A DNA stretch of 60,113 nt from Candidatus Gastranaerophilales bacterium. GTDB taxonomy: Bacteria; Cyanobacteriota; Vampirovibrionia; Gastranaerophilales; Gastranaerophilaceae. Of this stretch, positions 19,951 through 29,706 are shown piece by piece (within the stretch, counting starts at the first letter, position 1; each line of letters starts with the position of its first letter). Under the pieces are notes generated by a model. It worked only from the letters and a program-made list of their open reading frames with translations. It ran no database searches and was not told where the DNA came from. Location: assembly GCA_944322705.1 (NCBI GenBank), contig CALUPR010000001.1, forward strand, positions 1-60,113, given 5' to 3'. A program made the translations under genes and the position numbers.

Positions 19951-21405
19951 TTATTTTAAAATATTTTCTAAAGTATTGAGCATGCATGATTTAAATCTGT
20001 CGCATTCTTCTTTGTTTTTTGCTTCAAATCTTAGTGTAAAAACAGGTTCAGTGTTACTTTGCCTTATTAATGCAAAACCGCCGTCAAAAACTATTCTCAT
20101 GCCGTCAAGTGTTATAATATCTTTTATATCCGAACCGAACATATTACGGTTGGCTTCAACACATTGCTTGAATTGTTCAAGAACTTCTTTTTTCTTTTCA
20201 TTGGGACAAGGAAATCGAACTTCTTCGGAAGAACACACATTATCAAATGGTTTGAGCATATCAGAAATTTTAAAATCAGGATTATTTTTTCTGTGGTTTG
20301 CTATAATTTCAATTATTCTGCATCCTGCATAAATAGCATCATCAAATCCGTAGTATCTGTCTTTAAAGAATGTATGACCGCTCATTTCTCCGGCAAGAAT
20401 TGCCCCTGTTTCTTTCATTTTATCCTTAATATAGCCATGACCGGTTTTACACATAACTGCGTTACCGCCGAGTTTGTTTATCTCATCATACAGAACCTGA
20501 GAACATTTTACTTCGCTTACAATTGTCGGGCATATCCCATTTTTCTTGCAGTCATCAATAAGATCCTGAGCATAAATTAAAAGAAGCTTATCACCCGTTA
20601 AAAATTTTCCGCTCTGATCAATTACTCCGATTCTATCGCTGTCACCGTCATAGGCTATACCAACATCAGCCTTATTTTCAACAACAACTCTTTTTAAATC
20701 ATCCAATGTTTTTTCTACACTCGGGTTAGGGTGATGGTTTGGGAAAGTTCCGTCAGGCTCTGAATACAGTTCAATTACGTCACATCCAAGTTTTCTATAA
20801 AGTTGAGGGCCTACAACTCCTCCGGTTGCATTTGCACTGTCAACAACAACTTTTATACCTTTACCTATTTCTCCGAAACGGTTTTCCATATCTTTTATGT
20901 AATCAGGAATTATATTATATTCTTTAACTGCAGAATTAATTTGTTTATCGCAAATAGTTGGATTATTTACCCAACCTTTGAATGTTAACTCCTTAACTTC
21001 AGCAATTTGTTTTTCTGTTAAAGTTCTTTTGTTGTAAGTCATTTTAAGCCCGTTGTATTCTTTTGGGTTATGACTTGCCGTTATAATTGCTGCTGCAATA
21101 ATATTATAACCGGGAATACCGGCAACTTCAGAATAATAACCGATGGGAGTAGGTGCAAGTCCAAGATGAATAACATTTGCGCCTGTTGAAGCTATACCGT
21201 CTGTTAATGCTTTTTCAAGAGCCGGCGAATGCAGTCTTGCGTCACGGGTAATTGTAATCCACATATCAGCTTCATTTTTTCCTGATTGCTTTTTTAACCA
21301 TTGTACAAAACCTCTGCCAGTATTATAAAAAAGTTCTTCAGTGATATCGTCGCCGTAGATTCCTCTTATATCATTTTTCCCAAAGGCGTGTTCATATTTT
21401 TTCAT
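19951..21405 (-). CDS. Phosphomannomutase/phosphoglucomutase
   Basis: TASHNP, DGDSDR, GEMSGH, SNTEP. Confidence 0.93.
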   Translation of the reverse strand: MKKYEHAFGKNDIRGIYGDDITEELFYNTGRGFVQWLKKQSGKNEADMWITITRDARLHSPALEKALTDGIASTGANVIHLGLAPTPIGYYSEVAGIPGYNIIAAAIITASHNPKEYNGLKMTYNKRTLTEKQIAEVKELTFKGWVNNPTICDKQINSAVKEYNIIPDYIKDMENRFGEIGKGIKVVVDSANATGGVVGPQLYRKLGCDVIELYSEPDGTFPNHHPNPSVEKTLDDLKRVVVENKADVGIAYDGDSDRIGVIDQSGKFLTGDKLLLIYAQDLIDDCKKNGICPTIVSEVKCSQVLYDEINKLGGNAVMCKTGHGYIKDKMKETGAILAGEMSGHTFFKDRYYGFDDAIYAGCRIIEIIANHRKNNPDFKISDMLKPFDNVCSSEEVRFPCPNEKKKEVLEQFKQCVEANRNMFGSDIKDIITLDGMRIVFDGGFALIRQSNTEPVFTLRFEAKNKEECDRFKSCMLNTLENILK

Positions 21406-21450
21406 ATAAAATTCTCCCCTTATTTAAATTAATTATTGTATAATTATAGC

Positions 21451-22332
21451 ATGAAAAAAATCTTTAATGATTTCTCTAACAGTGAAAAATTCGCCGGCTG
21501 GGTATTTATATTCCCTGCATTAATCGGAACATTTATATTTATAATTATTCCGGTAATATGTTCTTTCGGGTTAAGTTTTACGAATTGGGATTTGTTAAAT
21601 CCTATACAATTTGTAGGTTTTGAAAATTATAGAAATTTATTTGCAGAACCTTTGTTTTATAAGATACTTGTTAATACTATTGTATTTGCTCTTTCTACTT
21701 CAATTTTAGGTGTAATAATCCCTTTAGTGTTAGCTTGCATATTAAACTCCAAAATAATGGGAAGTGAATTTTATAAAACCGCGTATTTTTTGCCGTTCAT
21801 AACCCCAATGATTGTTATCGGAATTGTGTGGGAATGGATTTTTGACCCAAATATCGGAATTTTAAATCATGTTTTGAATCTTCATATTAACTGGCTATAT
21901 GATACGCATTTTGCAATGCCTGCATTGATTATTGTTTCTGTCTGGAAGCTTATCGGATACAATATGATAATATTTTTAAGCTCATTAAGTTCAATTTCGC
22001 AAAGTATGTTTGAGGCTGCAAAAATTGACGGTGCTAACCCAATACAGATATTTATTAATGTTACGGTGCCGCTGTTATCTCCAAGCATATTTTTTGTGGT
22101 TATTATAACTGCAATAAGTTCTTTCCAGATATTTGATTTAATATATTTAATGACTCAAGGCGGTCCTTTAGACAGCACAAATGTTTTAGTTTACGCAATA
22201 TATAAAAATGCTTTTGAATACTTTAACGTAGGCAAAGCATCAGCTATTGCCTACGTTTTGTTTGTAGTTATTCTTTTATTGACAGTGATTCAGTGGTCAT
22301 TGCGCAAAAAAATTGTTTATAATGAAAACTAA
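21451..22332 (+). CDS. Carbohydrate ABC transporter permease (orphan)
   Basis: EAAKIDGA EAA loop, 6 TMs, TQGGP; start approximate. Confidence 0.92.
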   Translation: MKKIFNDFSNSEKFAGWVFIFPALIGTFIFIIIPVICSFGLSFTNWDLLNPIQFVGFENYRNLFAEPLFYKILVNTIVFALSTSILGVIIPLVLACILNSKIMGSEFYKTAYFLPFITPMIVIGIVWEWIFDPNIGILNHVLNLHINWLYDTHFAMPALIIVSVWKLIGYNMIIFLSSLSSISQSMFEAAKIDGANPIQIFINVTVPLLSPSIFFVVIITAISSFQIFDLIYLMTQGGPLDSTNVLVYAIYKNAFEYFNVGKASAIAYVLFVVILLLTVIQWSLRKKIVYNEN

Positions 22333-22718
22333 ACGTTTATGTCAGTTGTATAGTTTTTCATAATGTCGGCGGCAGATATGCCTCGTTCTTTTACTTCTCC
22401 GCCAACAAGTTTTTTAAATTTACTTCCAAGTTCACCTAATTCTAAAATTCCATTAAAAGATGACTCTGCAGGTGAATTCACCGGCGAATTATAAACAGCT
22501 TTTCTGTTCATTGTAAAGTTAGAGTATACATTATTTTGGCTTGCTCCATGCATTATTAATATATCACCTTCATTTGCTTTTTTTATATTATTTAAAGCTG
22601 CATCAAGAGCCCGCAGTTGTTTGTTTTTTTCTGCAAATTCAACAACTTCTTTGAATGCTTTATTCGGAATAAATCTTGCCGTAAATGCCGGATGGTTACA
22701 CTTTTTCGAAATTTCCAT
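22329..22718 (-). CDS. Hypothetical protein
   Basis: 129-aa ORF with AGGAGG RBS. Confidence 0.75.
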   Translation of the reverse strand: MEISKKCNHPAFTARFIPNKAFKEVVEFAEKNKQLRALDAALNNIKKANEGDILIMHGASQNNVYSNFTMNRKAVYNSPVNSPAESSFNGILELGELGSKFKKLVGGEVKERGISAADIMKNYTTDINV

Positions 22719-22744
22719 AATTTGCCTCCTTTTATTAATTGTTC

Positions 22745-22838
22745 ATTAAAAGTTTAAAAAAAAATTTTTTTGCTATTAGATAAATTTTTGTAACAATCTT
22801 TAGGATTATACTAAAGTTTCAAAATATTTTGCCGTCAA
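22745..22838. promoter_or_regulatory. Divergent control region: bipartite element (-) and sigma28-like promoter (+) sharing a TGTAAC box
   Basis: Minus: TGTTAC-N15-AGCAA-N16-ACTTT; plus: TAAA(22812)-N15-GCCGTCAA(22831-22838). Confidence 0.55.
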
Positions 22839-22866
22839 CAAATATATAAGTACGGGAGTGTATATT

Positions 22867-23007
22867 ATGTATGATGATTTAAGAAATGAAAAAATAATTG
22901 TGGAAATTGTTAATCTTGTTGATGATATAGAACAATTTGAAAATGATATTGATGCTTATTGTGCCTTTATGAAAGAAGTAATATTGAATACTTCAGGTTT
23001 AAATTAG
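22867..23007 (+). CDS. Small acidic protein, 46 aa
   Basis: Below ORF-track cutoff; MYDDLRNEKIIVEIVNLVDDIEQFENDIDAYCAFMKEVILNTSGLN; GGGAG RBS and sigma28-like promoter. Confidence 0.6.
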   Translation: MYDDLRNEKIIVEIVNLVDDIEQFENDIDAYCAFMKEVILNTSGLN

Positions 23008-23057
23008 TAAAGGTGATAATTGTTTTATTTAAAATCATCTGCTAAATTAATATTGCT

Positions 23058-24425
23058 ATGAAAATTTTAATTATAGGTGGTGTCGCTGCGGGAGCAAAAG
23101 CTGCTGCAAAGGCTCGCAGAGAACTTCCCGATGCAGAAATAAATTTATACACCGATGATACGCACATATCTTATTCAGCCTGCGGATTGCCTTATTTTAT
23201 AGAAGGGAATTTTGAAGATTATAAATTACTTCTGGTGCGTTCTCCTGAAGATTTTGAAGAAAAAAACGTTCATGTATACCTAAAGCATAGAGCAGTAAAA
23301 ATTATTCCAGAGTCAAAACAACTTTTGATACAGAATTTAGATACTCAAAAAGCTTTTCTCACTGAATATGATAAATTAATAATTGCAACCGGTGCTCGAC
23401 CTGTTATCCCTAAAATTAAAAATGTAAATCTACCGGATGTTTACACGTTAAGAAAAATAGAGGACGGTATAGCAATAAAAGAAAAAGCTCTAAAATCAAA
23501 ACATGCAACAATAGTCGGCGCAGGTTATATAGGTTTGGAGCTTTTGGAAGCTTTTGTGCGTCAAAATCTTCACGTTACTGTTTGCGAATATTCCCCTCAG
23601 ATTATGAATTTTTTTGATGAAGATATGTCAAAACTTATTGAACAGCAGTTAAAATCAATAAGCAACGGTAGATTTGAATTGTATACTTCCGAACTGGTTA
23701 CTGAGATATCCGGTGATATAACAGGAGTGAATGGAATAAAAACAGGTTCTGGAAAAGAATTTCAGACCGATTTTGTAGTATTATGTGCAGGAGTTACTCC
23801 TAATGTTGAAATTGCTCAAGAGGCAGGTATTGAACTCGGAGTTACAGGTGCAATAAGCGTAAATGAACGTATGGAAACAAGTGTAAAAGATATTTATGCC
23901 TGTGGCGACTGCGTAGAGTCTAATCTTATTGTCAGTAATACAAAAATCTGGATGCCGCTGGGTTCAAATGCAAATAAGCAAGGAAGAACTGCTGCTATAA
24001 ATGCCTGCGGCGGAGATGATAAATTCTGCGGTGTTCTTGGTTCTGCCGTAACGCGCTGTTTAAATTTAACAATGTCAATGACCGGTCTGACTGAAAAAAA
24101 AGCGGCACTACTCGGGTATAAGCCTGTATCTGCAACTGTTACAAAAAATGATAAAGTAGGCTATATGCCAGATGTTAATAATATTACACTTAAGCTGATT
24201 GCGGATTATGAAACAGGGCAAATTTTAGGTGCCCAGGCAGTAGGTGCCGGTGACCCTGATAAAAGGATTAATGCCTTAACAGCAGCTCTACTTGCAAAGA
24301 TGTCTGTTTCAGAATTTTATAAAAATGATCTTACATACGCTCCACCCTATTCGCCTACTATTGATCCATTATTAAATGCTGCTCAAATACTGGCGGGCAA
24401 AGTTAAGCCATCAGACCTGCAATAA
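23058..24425 (+). CDS. CoA-disulfide reductase / NADH oxidase family flavoprotein
   Basis: GGVAAG, SYSACGLPY redox Cys, GAGYIG, YAPPYS. Confidence 0.9.
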   Translation: MKILIIGGVAAGAKAAAKARRELPDAEINLYTDDTHISYSACGLPYFIEGNFEDYKLLLVRSPEDFEEKNVHVYLKHRAVKIIPESKQLLIQNLDTQKAFLTEYDKLIIATGARPVIPKIKNVNLPDVYTLRKIEDGIAIKEKALKSKHATIVGAGYIGLELLEAFVRQNLHVTVCEYSPQIMNFFDEDMSKLIEQQLKSISNGRFELYTSELVTEISGDITGVNGIKTGSGKEFQTDFVVLCAGVTPNVEIAQEAGIELGVTGAISVNERMETSVKDIYACGDCVESNLIVSNTKIWMPLGSNANKQGRTAAINACGGDDKFCGVLGSAVTRCLNLTMSMTGLTEKKAALLGYKPVSATVTKNDKVGYMPDVNNITLKLIADYETGQILGAQAVGAGDPDKRINALTAALLAKMSVSEFYKNDLTYAPPYSPTIDPLLNAAQILAGKVKPSDLQ

Positions 24426-25698
24426 ATTTTGCGACTCCTTCTCCCATTGAAAAACAACTGCCTTGAACTCTCAAAGCACCTTGTGATAAATAGTCCGCAG
24501 AAAGGCATCTGCCTGCAACAAATAAATTATCAATGTCAGCTGACATCAGGCTTTCTATAGGAAGTTGATAATCTTTAACTTTCTCCAGTTTGCTCTCCGT
24601 AGGTTTATTTGAATGAACATCAACAGGATAGTTAGAAACTACAACCGGATGCTTAAATTTTTTGCCGGATCTTAAATCATCAATAGTATAAATATATTTT
24701 CCTTTAATTCTTCTGGATACCCGAACTCCAAGCATATCCGCCATATTTGAGATATAAGCCTTTTCAAATCCTGGAAAATATTTGCGGCAAAACTGAAGAT
24801 ATCTGTAAATGTTTTGTCTGGCAAGTAAAAGAGCTTTTGAAATACTCTTAACTTCAAGAGAATTATTATAATCAATGATTCGAGGGCAATTAAACGCAAT
24901 TGTATCAGGCATTCCGGGGACAGTAAATATTTGAAAATAGTTAGTGTCATACCTTTTCAGTACACCTTGCTTAACAGCATCCTTAAATATAGGCTCAAGT
25001 GCCCATTTTTTATCTTTATCCCATGTGTACGCAGTTGATAAATGTATGTAACCGTCAATTTCTTCTACTATAGTAACATTCCTGTCTTTGTCATATTCTT
25101 TTAGCCACATTGAAAAAGTTTTTAAATCAATACCTCCCATCATGAATCGCAAAGTTACAGGCTGAAATTCATGATCTTTTTCCAAAAAGTTGCAGTTGCA
25201 AATTTTTCCGACAACGCAATTTCCGGTTGCATCAATTACATATCTCGCTCCGACAGATACCGATAATTTTTTTGTTTCTAATTCTATCTCATCGTTATAT
25301 GCCGATAATATTTCTTTGGTTATTTTTATTCTTTTAATCTGATTATGTTCAATTTTTATCCCAAGTATATTCGTATCAAAAAATATATCAACATTTGCTC
25401 TTTTCATTAAATTATCAAGAGCAATTTTTGTTATTTCAGGATTAAACCACGCCGGATTATTTTGAAATGTTGTCTGTCCGCCTAATTTGCGGCATTCATC
25501 AATTAAAGCGTTTCTAAATTCGGTATTGATTTGATTATCGCCTGACTTCATAACCGGAATAACAAGCCCCGATGTTATCGTACCGCCTAAATGAATATTT
25601 TTTTCGATAATTAAAGTTTTCAAACCGAGCATTCCTGCCGTGTAGGCTGCTGCACATCCTGCAGTTCCTCCTCCTACAACAACTACATCATATATCAT
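24403..25698 (-). CDS. FAD-dependent oxidoreductase (FAD_oxidored-type)
   Basis: DVVVVGGGTAG, IDATG, GVRVSRRI, VAGRCLS. Confidence 0.85.
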   Translation of the reverse strand: MIYDVVVVGGGTAGCAAAYTAGMLGLKTLIIEKNIHLGGTITSGLVIPVMKSGDNQINTEFRNALIDECRKLGGQTTFQNNPAWFNPEITKIALDNLMKRANVDIFFDTNILGIKIEHNQIKRIKITKEILSAYNDEIELETKKLSVSVGARYVIDATGNCVVGKICNCNFLEKDHEFQPVTLRFMMGGIDLKTFSMWLKEYDKDRNVTIVEEIDGYIHLSTAYTWDKDKKWALEPIFKDAVKQGVLKRYDTNYFQIFTVPGMPDTIAFNCPRIIDYNNSLEVKSISKALLLARQNIYRYLQFCRKYFPGFEKAYISNMADMLGVRVSRRIKGKYIYTIDDLRSGKKFKHPVVVSNYPVDVHSNKPTESKLEKVKDYQLPIESLMSADIDNLFVAGRCLSADYLSQGALRVQGSCFSMGEGVAKFIAGLMA

Positions 25699-26887
25699 TT
25701 TTCCTCCCGAATTGTTTTATAAATCTTGAGCTTGAAATTAAATCAGAATTTTCCACTTCTTTTTTATGCTGCTCTATAATCGCCTCATTAAGGGCGCTTA
25801 ATTTTTTATCACGATAAAATATACCTGCTTTAGTTTTTAGAAGCCCTAAATCAAATTCTGAAAGGTCATGTTTTATCAAAGACTTATTTTTTACAGCAAC
25901 GGTACCCGTAAATTTATTTTCTCTTTCAGAATAGATTTTACCGATATAAAAGCCTGCGTGCATAAAAGCATTTCTTACAGCTGCAGAGTTTGAATAAGTT
26001 AAAATCATTCCTTCATTATCAAGATGATTATAAAGGAGCTTAAAAAAGTCGACAGTCCAGAGGCAAGGGCATTTAGCCGGAGTAAATGCATCTAAAAATA
26101 TAAGATCATAGATTTGAGTATCATTTTTTATTGCACTTCTTGCGTCATCAATATTCAGTTCAAAGTTTAGATCTACAGTTTTTAGGACTTTTAGAGCCTT
26201 TTTATAACTACAAGAAATATACTTATAATATATATTATGTAAGAAGGCGTTTAAATATCTTAAAGGGGCATATTTACCTATCTTCATTTTATAAAGCTTA
26301 TATAAGCCAATTATATAGCTGTCGAAAAATACAGAATATTTTTTAGAAAATAATATTTTTTCGGATTCGGAATCAATATAATCTTTTATTTTATCCAATA
26401 ATATAATTTCTGTTTCTTTTTTAAGCCTGAAGCAAGTTTTAGTCTTACCTGACAACATTCTTTTGATTTTGTCTTGTTTAAAATTAAGTCTACTATTTAT
26501 AATTTTATCTTTTCCGGCAACAAAAAAAGGAGATAAATTAGCTAAAATTTTATCATTGTCAATGGCATGTATAAAAATTTTGCGTTTTGTATTATTGGTA
26601 TATACCTTAGAGTTATATTTATTATTATCGACATCTATCGCCTCGTTATACAAAATTTCGAGAAATTTATTTATTAAACTTTTTGTGTTGTATCCAATTC
26701 CAAAACAAATATCCAAAACTTTTATTTCGGATTTTCTTTTAAATAAATCATCCAGATTAGCAGGCAGAATAAATTTTTCATAAGCTTCTGTCAGAGCGCC
26801 GTAAGTCGAATGATATATATCATCTGCTTCCGGCGAAAAAAGACCTACTGAGCCGTCATTAGTAAAATATGCGTATAATTCATACAT
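25688..26887 (-). CDS. MnmC-type (MnmC2/MnmD-like) SAM methyltransferase
   Basis: TNDGS...YHS..GALTE, LDICFGIGYN, DAFTPAKCPCLW, LTYS. Confidence 0.82.
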   Translation of the reverse strand: MYELYAYFTNDGSVGLFSPEADDIYHSTYGALTEAYEKFILPANLDDLFKRKSEIKVLDICFGIGYNTKSLINKFLEILYNEAIDVDNNKYNSKVYTNNTKRKIFIHAIDNDKILANLSPFFVAGKDKIINSRLNFKQDKIKRMLSGKTKTCFRLKKETEIILLDKIKDYIDSESEKILFSKKYSVFFDSYIIGLYKLYKMKIGKYAPLRYLNAFLHNIYYKYISCSYKKALKVLKTVDLNFELNIDDARSAIKNDTQIYDLIFLDAFTPAKCPCLWTVDFFKLLYNHLDNEGMILTYSNSAAVRNAFMHAGFYIGKIYSERENKFTGTVAVKNKSLIKHDLSEFDLGLLKTKAGIFYRDKKLSALNEAIIEQHKKEVENSDLISSSRFIKQFGRKNDI

Positions 26888-26994
26888 ATAGCAATTATAG
26901 AGTACATTTAAAATAGTTCAAATTCTTTAAATATCTTCATTATTAGAAAATTTTAATGTTTTTGGTATAATATAAATATATAAATGAGGAAATT

Positions 26995-27948
26995 ATGAAA
27001 ATAAGTGTCAAAGTACCCGCAACAACAGCAAATATTGGACCCGGTTTCGACTGCCTCGGGATGGCTTTACCAATATATAACACTATAACAATAGAAGAAA
27101 CCGTTTTACCGGGTACAGGAATTGAAATAAATGTTTTGAATGATGATGCAACAGCTGATGAATTAATGCTTGAACACATTCCTATGGATGAAAACAGTAT
27201 TATTTATAAGGCTGTAGAACTGTTATATAATTCAATAGGTCAGACGCCAAGCGAGTTAAAAATAACTGTGCAGGGGCAAATACCTATTGCAAGAGGTTTA
27301 GGAAGCAGCGCTGCTGTTATAGTCGGCGGTCTGTTAGCTGCAAATGAACTTCTGGGGCATCCTGCGGATGAAGTTGCATTGTTATCAATAGCAACAGAGG
27401 TTGAAGGTCATCCTGACAATGTTACACCGGCTATAGTAGGTGGTCTGGTTTTAACTTCGCAGGAAGATGACGGAAGAATTGTTTATACAAAACTTGATTG
27501 GCCGGATGAGTGGAATATTACTGTTTGTATTCCCGACTATGAACTTTCTACGGAAATATCACGTTCAGTCCTGCCAAAAGAGGTTCCGATGCAGGATGCT
27601 GTTTTTAATGCGAAACGACTCGGCATGTTTGTACAGGCAGTAAATACTAAAGATGCAGAACTAATGAAACTTGCTTTGCATGATAAACTGCATCAACCTT
27701 ACAGGATGAAACTTGTTCCCGGACTTGATAAAATTATTGAAAATCTAAGGCACGAAGAAAACGTGTTAGGTTGTGTATTGAGCGGCGCAGGTCCATCAAT
27801 ACTGGTAATATCACAAAAGAATAATCTGGACAAAATTAAAGCAATTGTAAAAAACACCTGGGAAGAAATGAATGTTAAAGTAAACATGATGACTCTTCCT
27901 GTGGCAAATGAAGGCGCAATTATCATAAATAACGAAAATCAGATATAA
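26995..27948 (+). CDS. thrB: Homoserine kinase
   Basis: PATTANIGPGFDCLG, PIARGLGSS, EGHPDN, SGAGP. Confidence 0.97.
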   Translation: MKISVKVPATTANIGPGFDCLGMALPIYNTITIEETVLPGTGIEINVLNDDATADELMLEHIPMDENSIIYKAVELLYNSIGQTPSELKITVQGQIPIARGLGSSAAVIVGGLLAANELLGHPADEVALLSIATEVEGHPDNVTPAIVGGLVLTSQEDDGRIVYTKLDWPDEWNITVCIPDYELSTEISRSVLPKEVPMQDAVFNAKRLGMFVQAVNTKDAELMKLALHDKLHQPYRMKLVPGLDKIIENLRHEENVLGCVLSGAGPSILVISQKNNLDKIKAIVKNTWEEMNVKVNMMTLPVANEGAIIINNENQI

Positions 27949-27977
27949 AAAAAGGCTCCTTTTTTAAAGGAGCCTTT
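27946..27977. terminator. Bidirectional terminator
   Basis: AAAGGCTCCTTT...AAAGGAGCCTTT between convergent genes. Confidence 0.85.
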
Positions 27978-27981
27978 ATAT

Positions 27982-28491
27982 TTATGAACCCTGTCCGGTG
28001 TAGTCCGGAACCATATTCTTGGCACCGTCTTGTTCTTCTTTCTTCTTAGCTTCGTATTGACCTTTAGCAATTTCAAGACGTGATTCTAAATTATCTTTTT
28101 CAACTTCTAAATCTTCTTGAATAGCCTTTAACGGTTCAAGCATCATATCTCTCATCATATCAAATTGTTCAGCCATCATTGCTTGTTGATACATCATCTG
28201 CTGCTGTAAACCTTGAATACCATACGTATAAAGATTGTAAGCCTCCATAGAACCTGATTGAGCTCCTTGTTGTCCTGAGAGACCAAGCATCATACCGCTT
28301 CTTATCTGGTTGAAGGCAAACGTATTTTGCATATTAATCATGCGTTCCTGGCTCTGCAGGTTCTTTTCCATGTCACCAACTTGTTTGGTAACACGGTTCA
28401 GACGGCTTTGTACGCTTGTCAGTTGCCATTGAAGCTGTCTGACAAGTCGTCCGGCCATTAATTTACCATATGCGCCTGATAGGAAACCCAT
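27982..28491 (-). CDS. Hypothetical Gln/Met-rich helical-hairpin protein, apparent short paralogue of 12501..14711
   Basis: Ungapped N- and C-terminal similarity to the 736-aa protein; AAGGA RBS. Confidence 0.8.
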   Translation of the reverse strand: MGFLSGAYGKLMAGRLVRQLQWQLTSVQSRLNRVTKQVGDMEKNLQSQERMINMQNTFAFNQIRSGMMLGLSGQQGAQSGSMEAYNLYTYGIQGLQQQMMYQQAMMAEQFDMMRDMMLEPLKAIQEDLEVEKDNLESRLEIAKGQYEAKKKEEQDGAKNMVPDYTGQGS

Positions 28492-28522
28492 GTCTTTATC
28501 CTTATGTTTTAGTCCTCGTAAA

Positions 28523-28587
28523 TATATAAAGTATATATTTATTTGATTATTGCTTATATATAAGAAATTTTTACATTTCGTAACATT
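28523..28587 (-). promoter_or_regulatory. HLR1-like box plus bipartite promoter-like element
   Basis: Minus strand TGTTACGAAATGTAAA-N15-AGCAA-N17-ACTTTATATA. Confidence 0.6.
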
Positions 28588-28615
28588 TATTTTACAAATA
28601 CAATCATATTGTTAA

Positions 28616-28644
28616 TTGCATGATTACAAATTTTTTGATAAAAT
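28616..28644 (+). promoter_or_regulatory. Sigma70-type promoter
   Basis: TTGCAT-N17-TAAAAT with extended TG. Confidence 0.55.
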
Positions 28645-28665
28645 TTGTAAAAAAGAGGAGTAATT

Positions 28666-29706
28666 ATGCTTAATAAACGTTTTTTTACAGGTAAAAATAT
28701 AATTTTTGCAGGCTTAGTTATTATACTTTTATTAATTTTACCCAAAATAATAGGCGTGTTAATGTTATTTTTTGGTGCATATGTAATTGCATGTGCTCTT
28801 AACCCTTATGTTACAAAATTAATGAAAAAAATGAACCGCACACTTGCTTCATCTGTAGTTTTAATGGCAAGTATACTAGGAATAATTGCATTGTTTATTC
28901 CGATATTTTTTGTGGCATATAAGGAAATTAAAACATTCTTAATTACTCTTCCCGAAAAAATTACAGATGTGACAAATTTTCTCTTAAATACTGAATTTAT
29001 GGGACATAAAATTCCTGAGATGTTTGATTCCGGAACTATCCTGGGAAGTTCATCTTCCTTTGCACAAGGACTAGTAAATCAGTCTTGGAGTTTTACTGTC
29101 GGAATATTCCAGCTGGTAATGGTATCTGTTGCACTTACTATGATTGTATACTATATACTGGCTGATAAAGTTTATTTAAAACAAAAATTTCTTGAATTTT
29201 TCCCGCCTGATTTAAAAGATAAAGCAAATGAAATATTGAGCAATATAAGTAATAAAGTCGGCGGATATGTACGTGCGCAAATATTATCAATGGCTGCTGT
29301 CGGTATAATGATGGCTCTGGTACTTGTTATATTAGGGGTTGAATATTCAACCTTGCTTGGACTAATTTCAGGGATATTGGATATTATCCCTATCTTAGGA
29401 CCTACAATTGCGTTAGGCGTTATTATACTGGTTGCTTACCCTGCCGGAATTGTAAAAATAATTTTAATAATAGCAGGTTTTCTGCTTGTACAACAAATTT
29501 CAAATTATGTTGTAAGACCGGTTTTGTTCGGGAAATTGATGGAATTACATCCGCTTATGATTTTTCTTGCCCTGTTTCTTGCAGAACAATTTTTAGGATT
29601 TTGGGGAGTAATTCTTTCCCCTGCCATTGCAGCAACAATTTGTGTTTTAATTGATGAACTCTATATTATTCCAATGAACTTAAAGGCAAAAGAAACTGAT
29701 GAATAA
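28666..29706 (+). CDS. AI-2E family transporter
   Basis: GGYVRAQ, IIPILGP, LHPLMI, GFWGVIL. Confidence 0.9.
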   Translation: MLNKRFFTGKNIIFAGLVIILLLILPKIIGVLMLFFGAYVIACALNPYVTKLMKKMNRTLASSVVLMASILGIIALFIPIFFVAYKEIKTFLITLPEKITDVTNFLLNTEFMGHKIPEMFDSGTILGSSSSFAQGLVNQSWSFTVGIFQLVMVSVALTMIVYYILADKVYLKQKFLEFFPPDLKDKANEILSNISNKVGGYVRAQILSMAAVGIMMALVLVILGVEYSTLLGLISGILDIIPILGPTIALGVIILVAYPAGIVKIILIIAGFLLVQQISNYVVRPVLFGKLMELHPLMIFLALFLAEQFLGFWGVILSPAIAATICVLIDELYIIPMNLKAKETDE

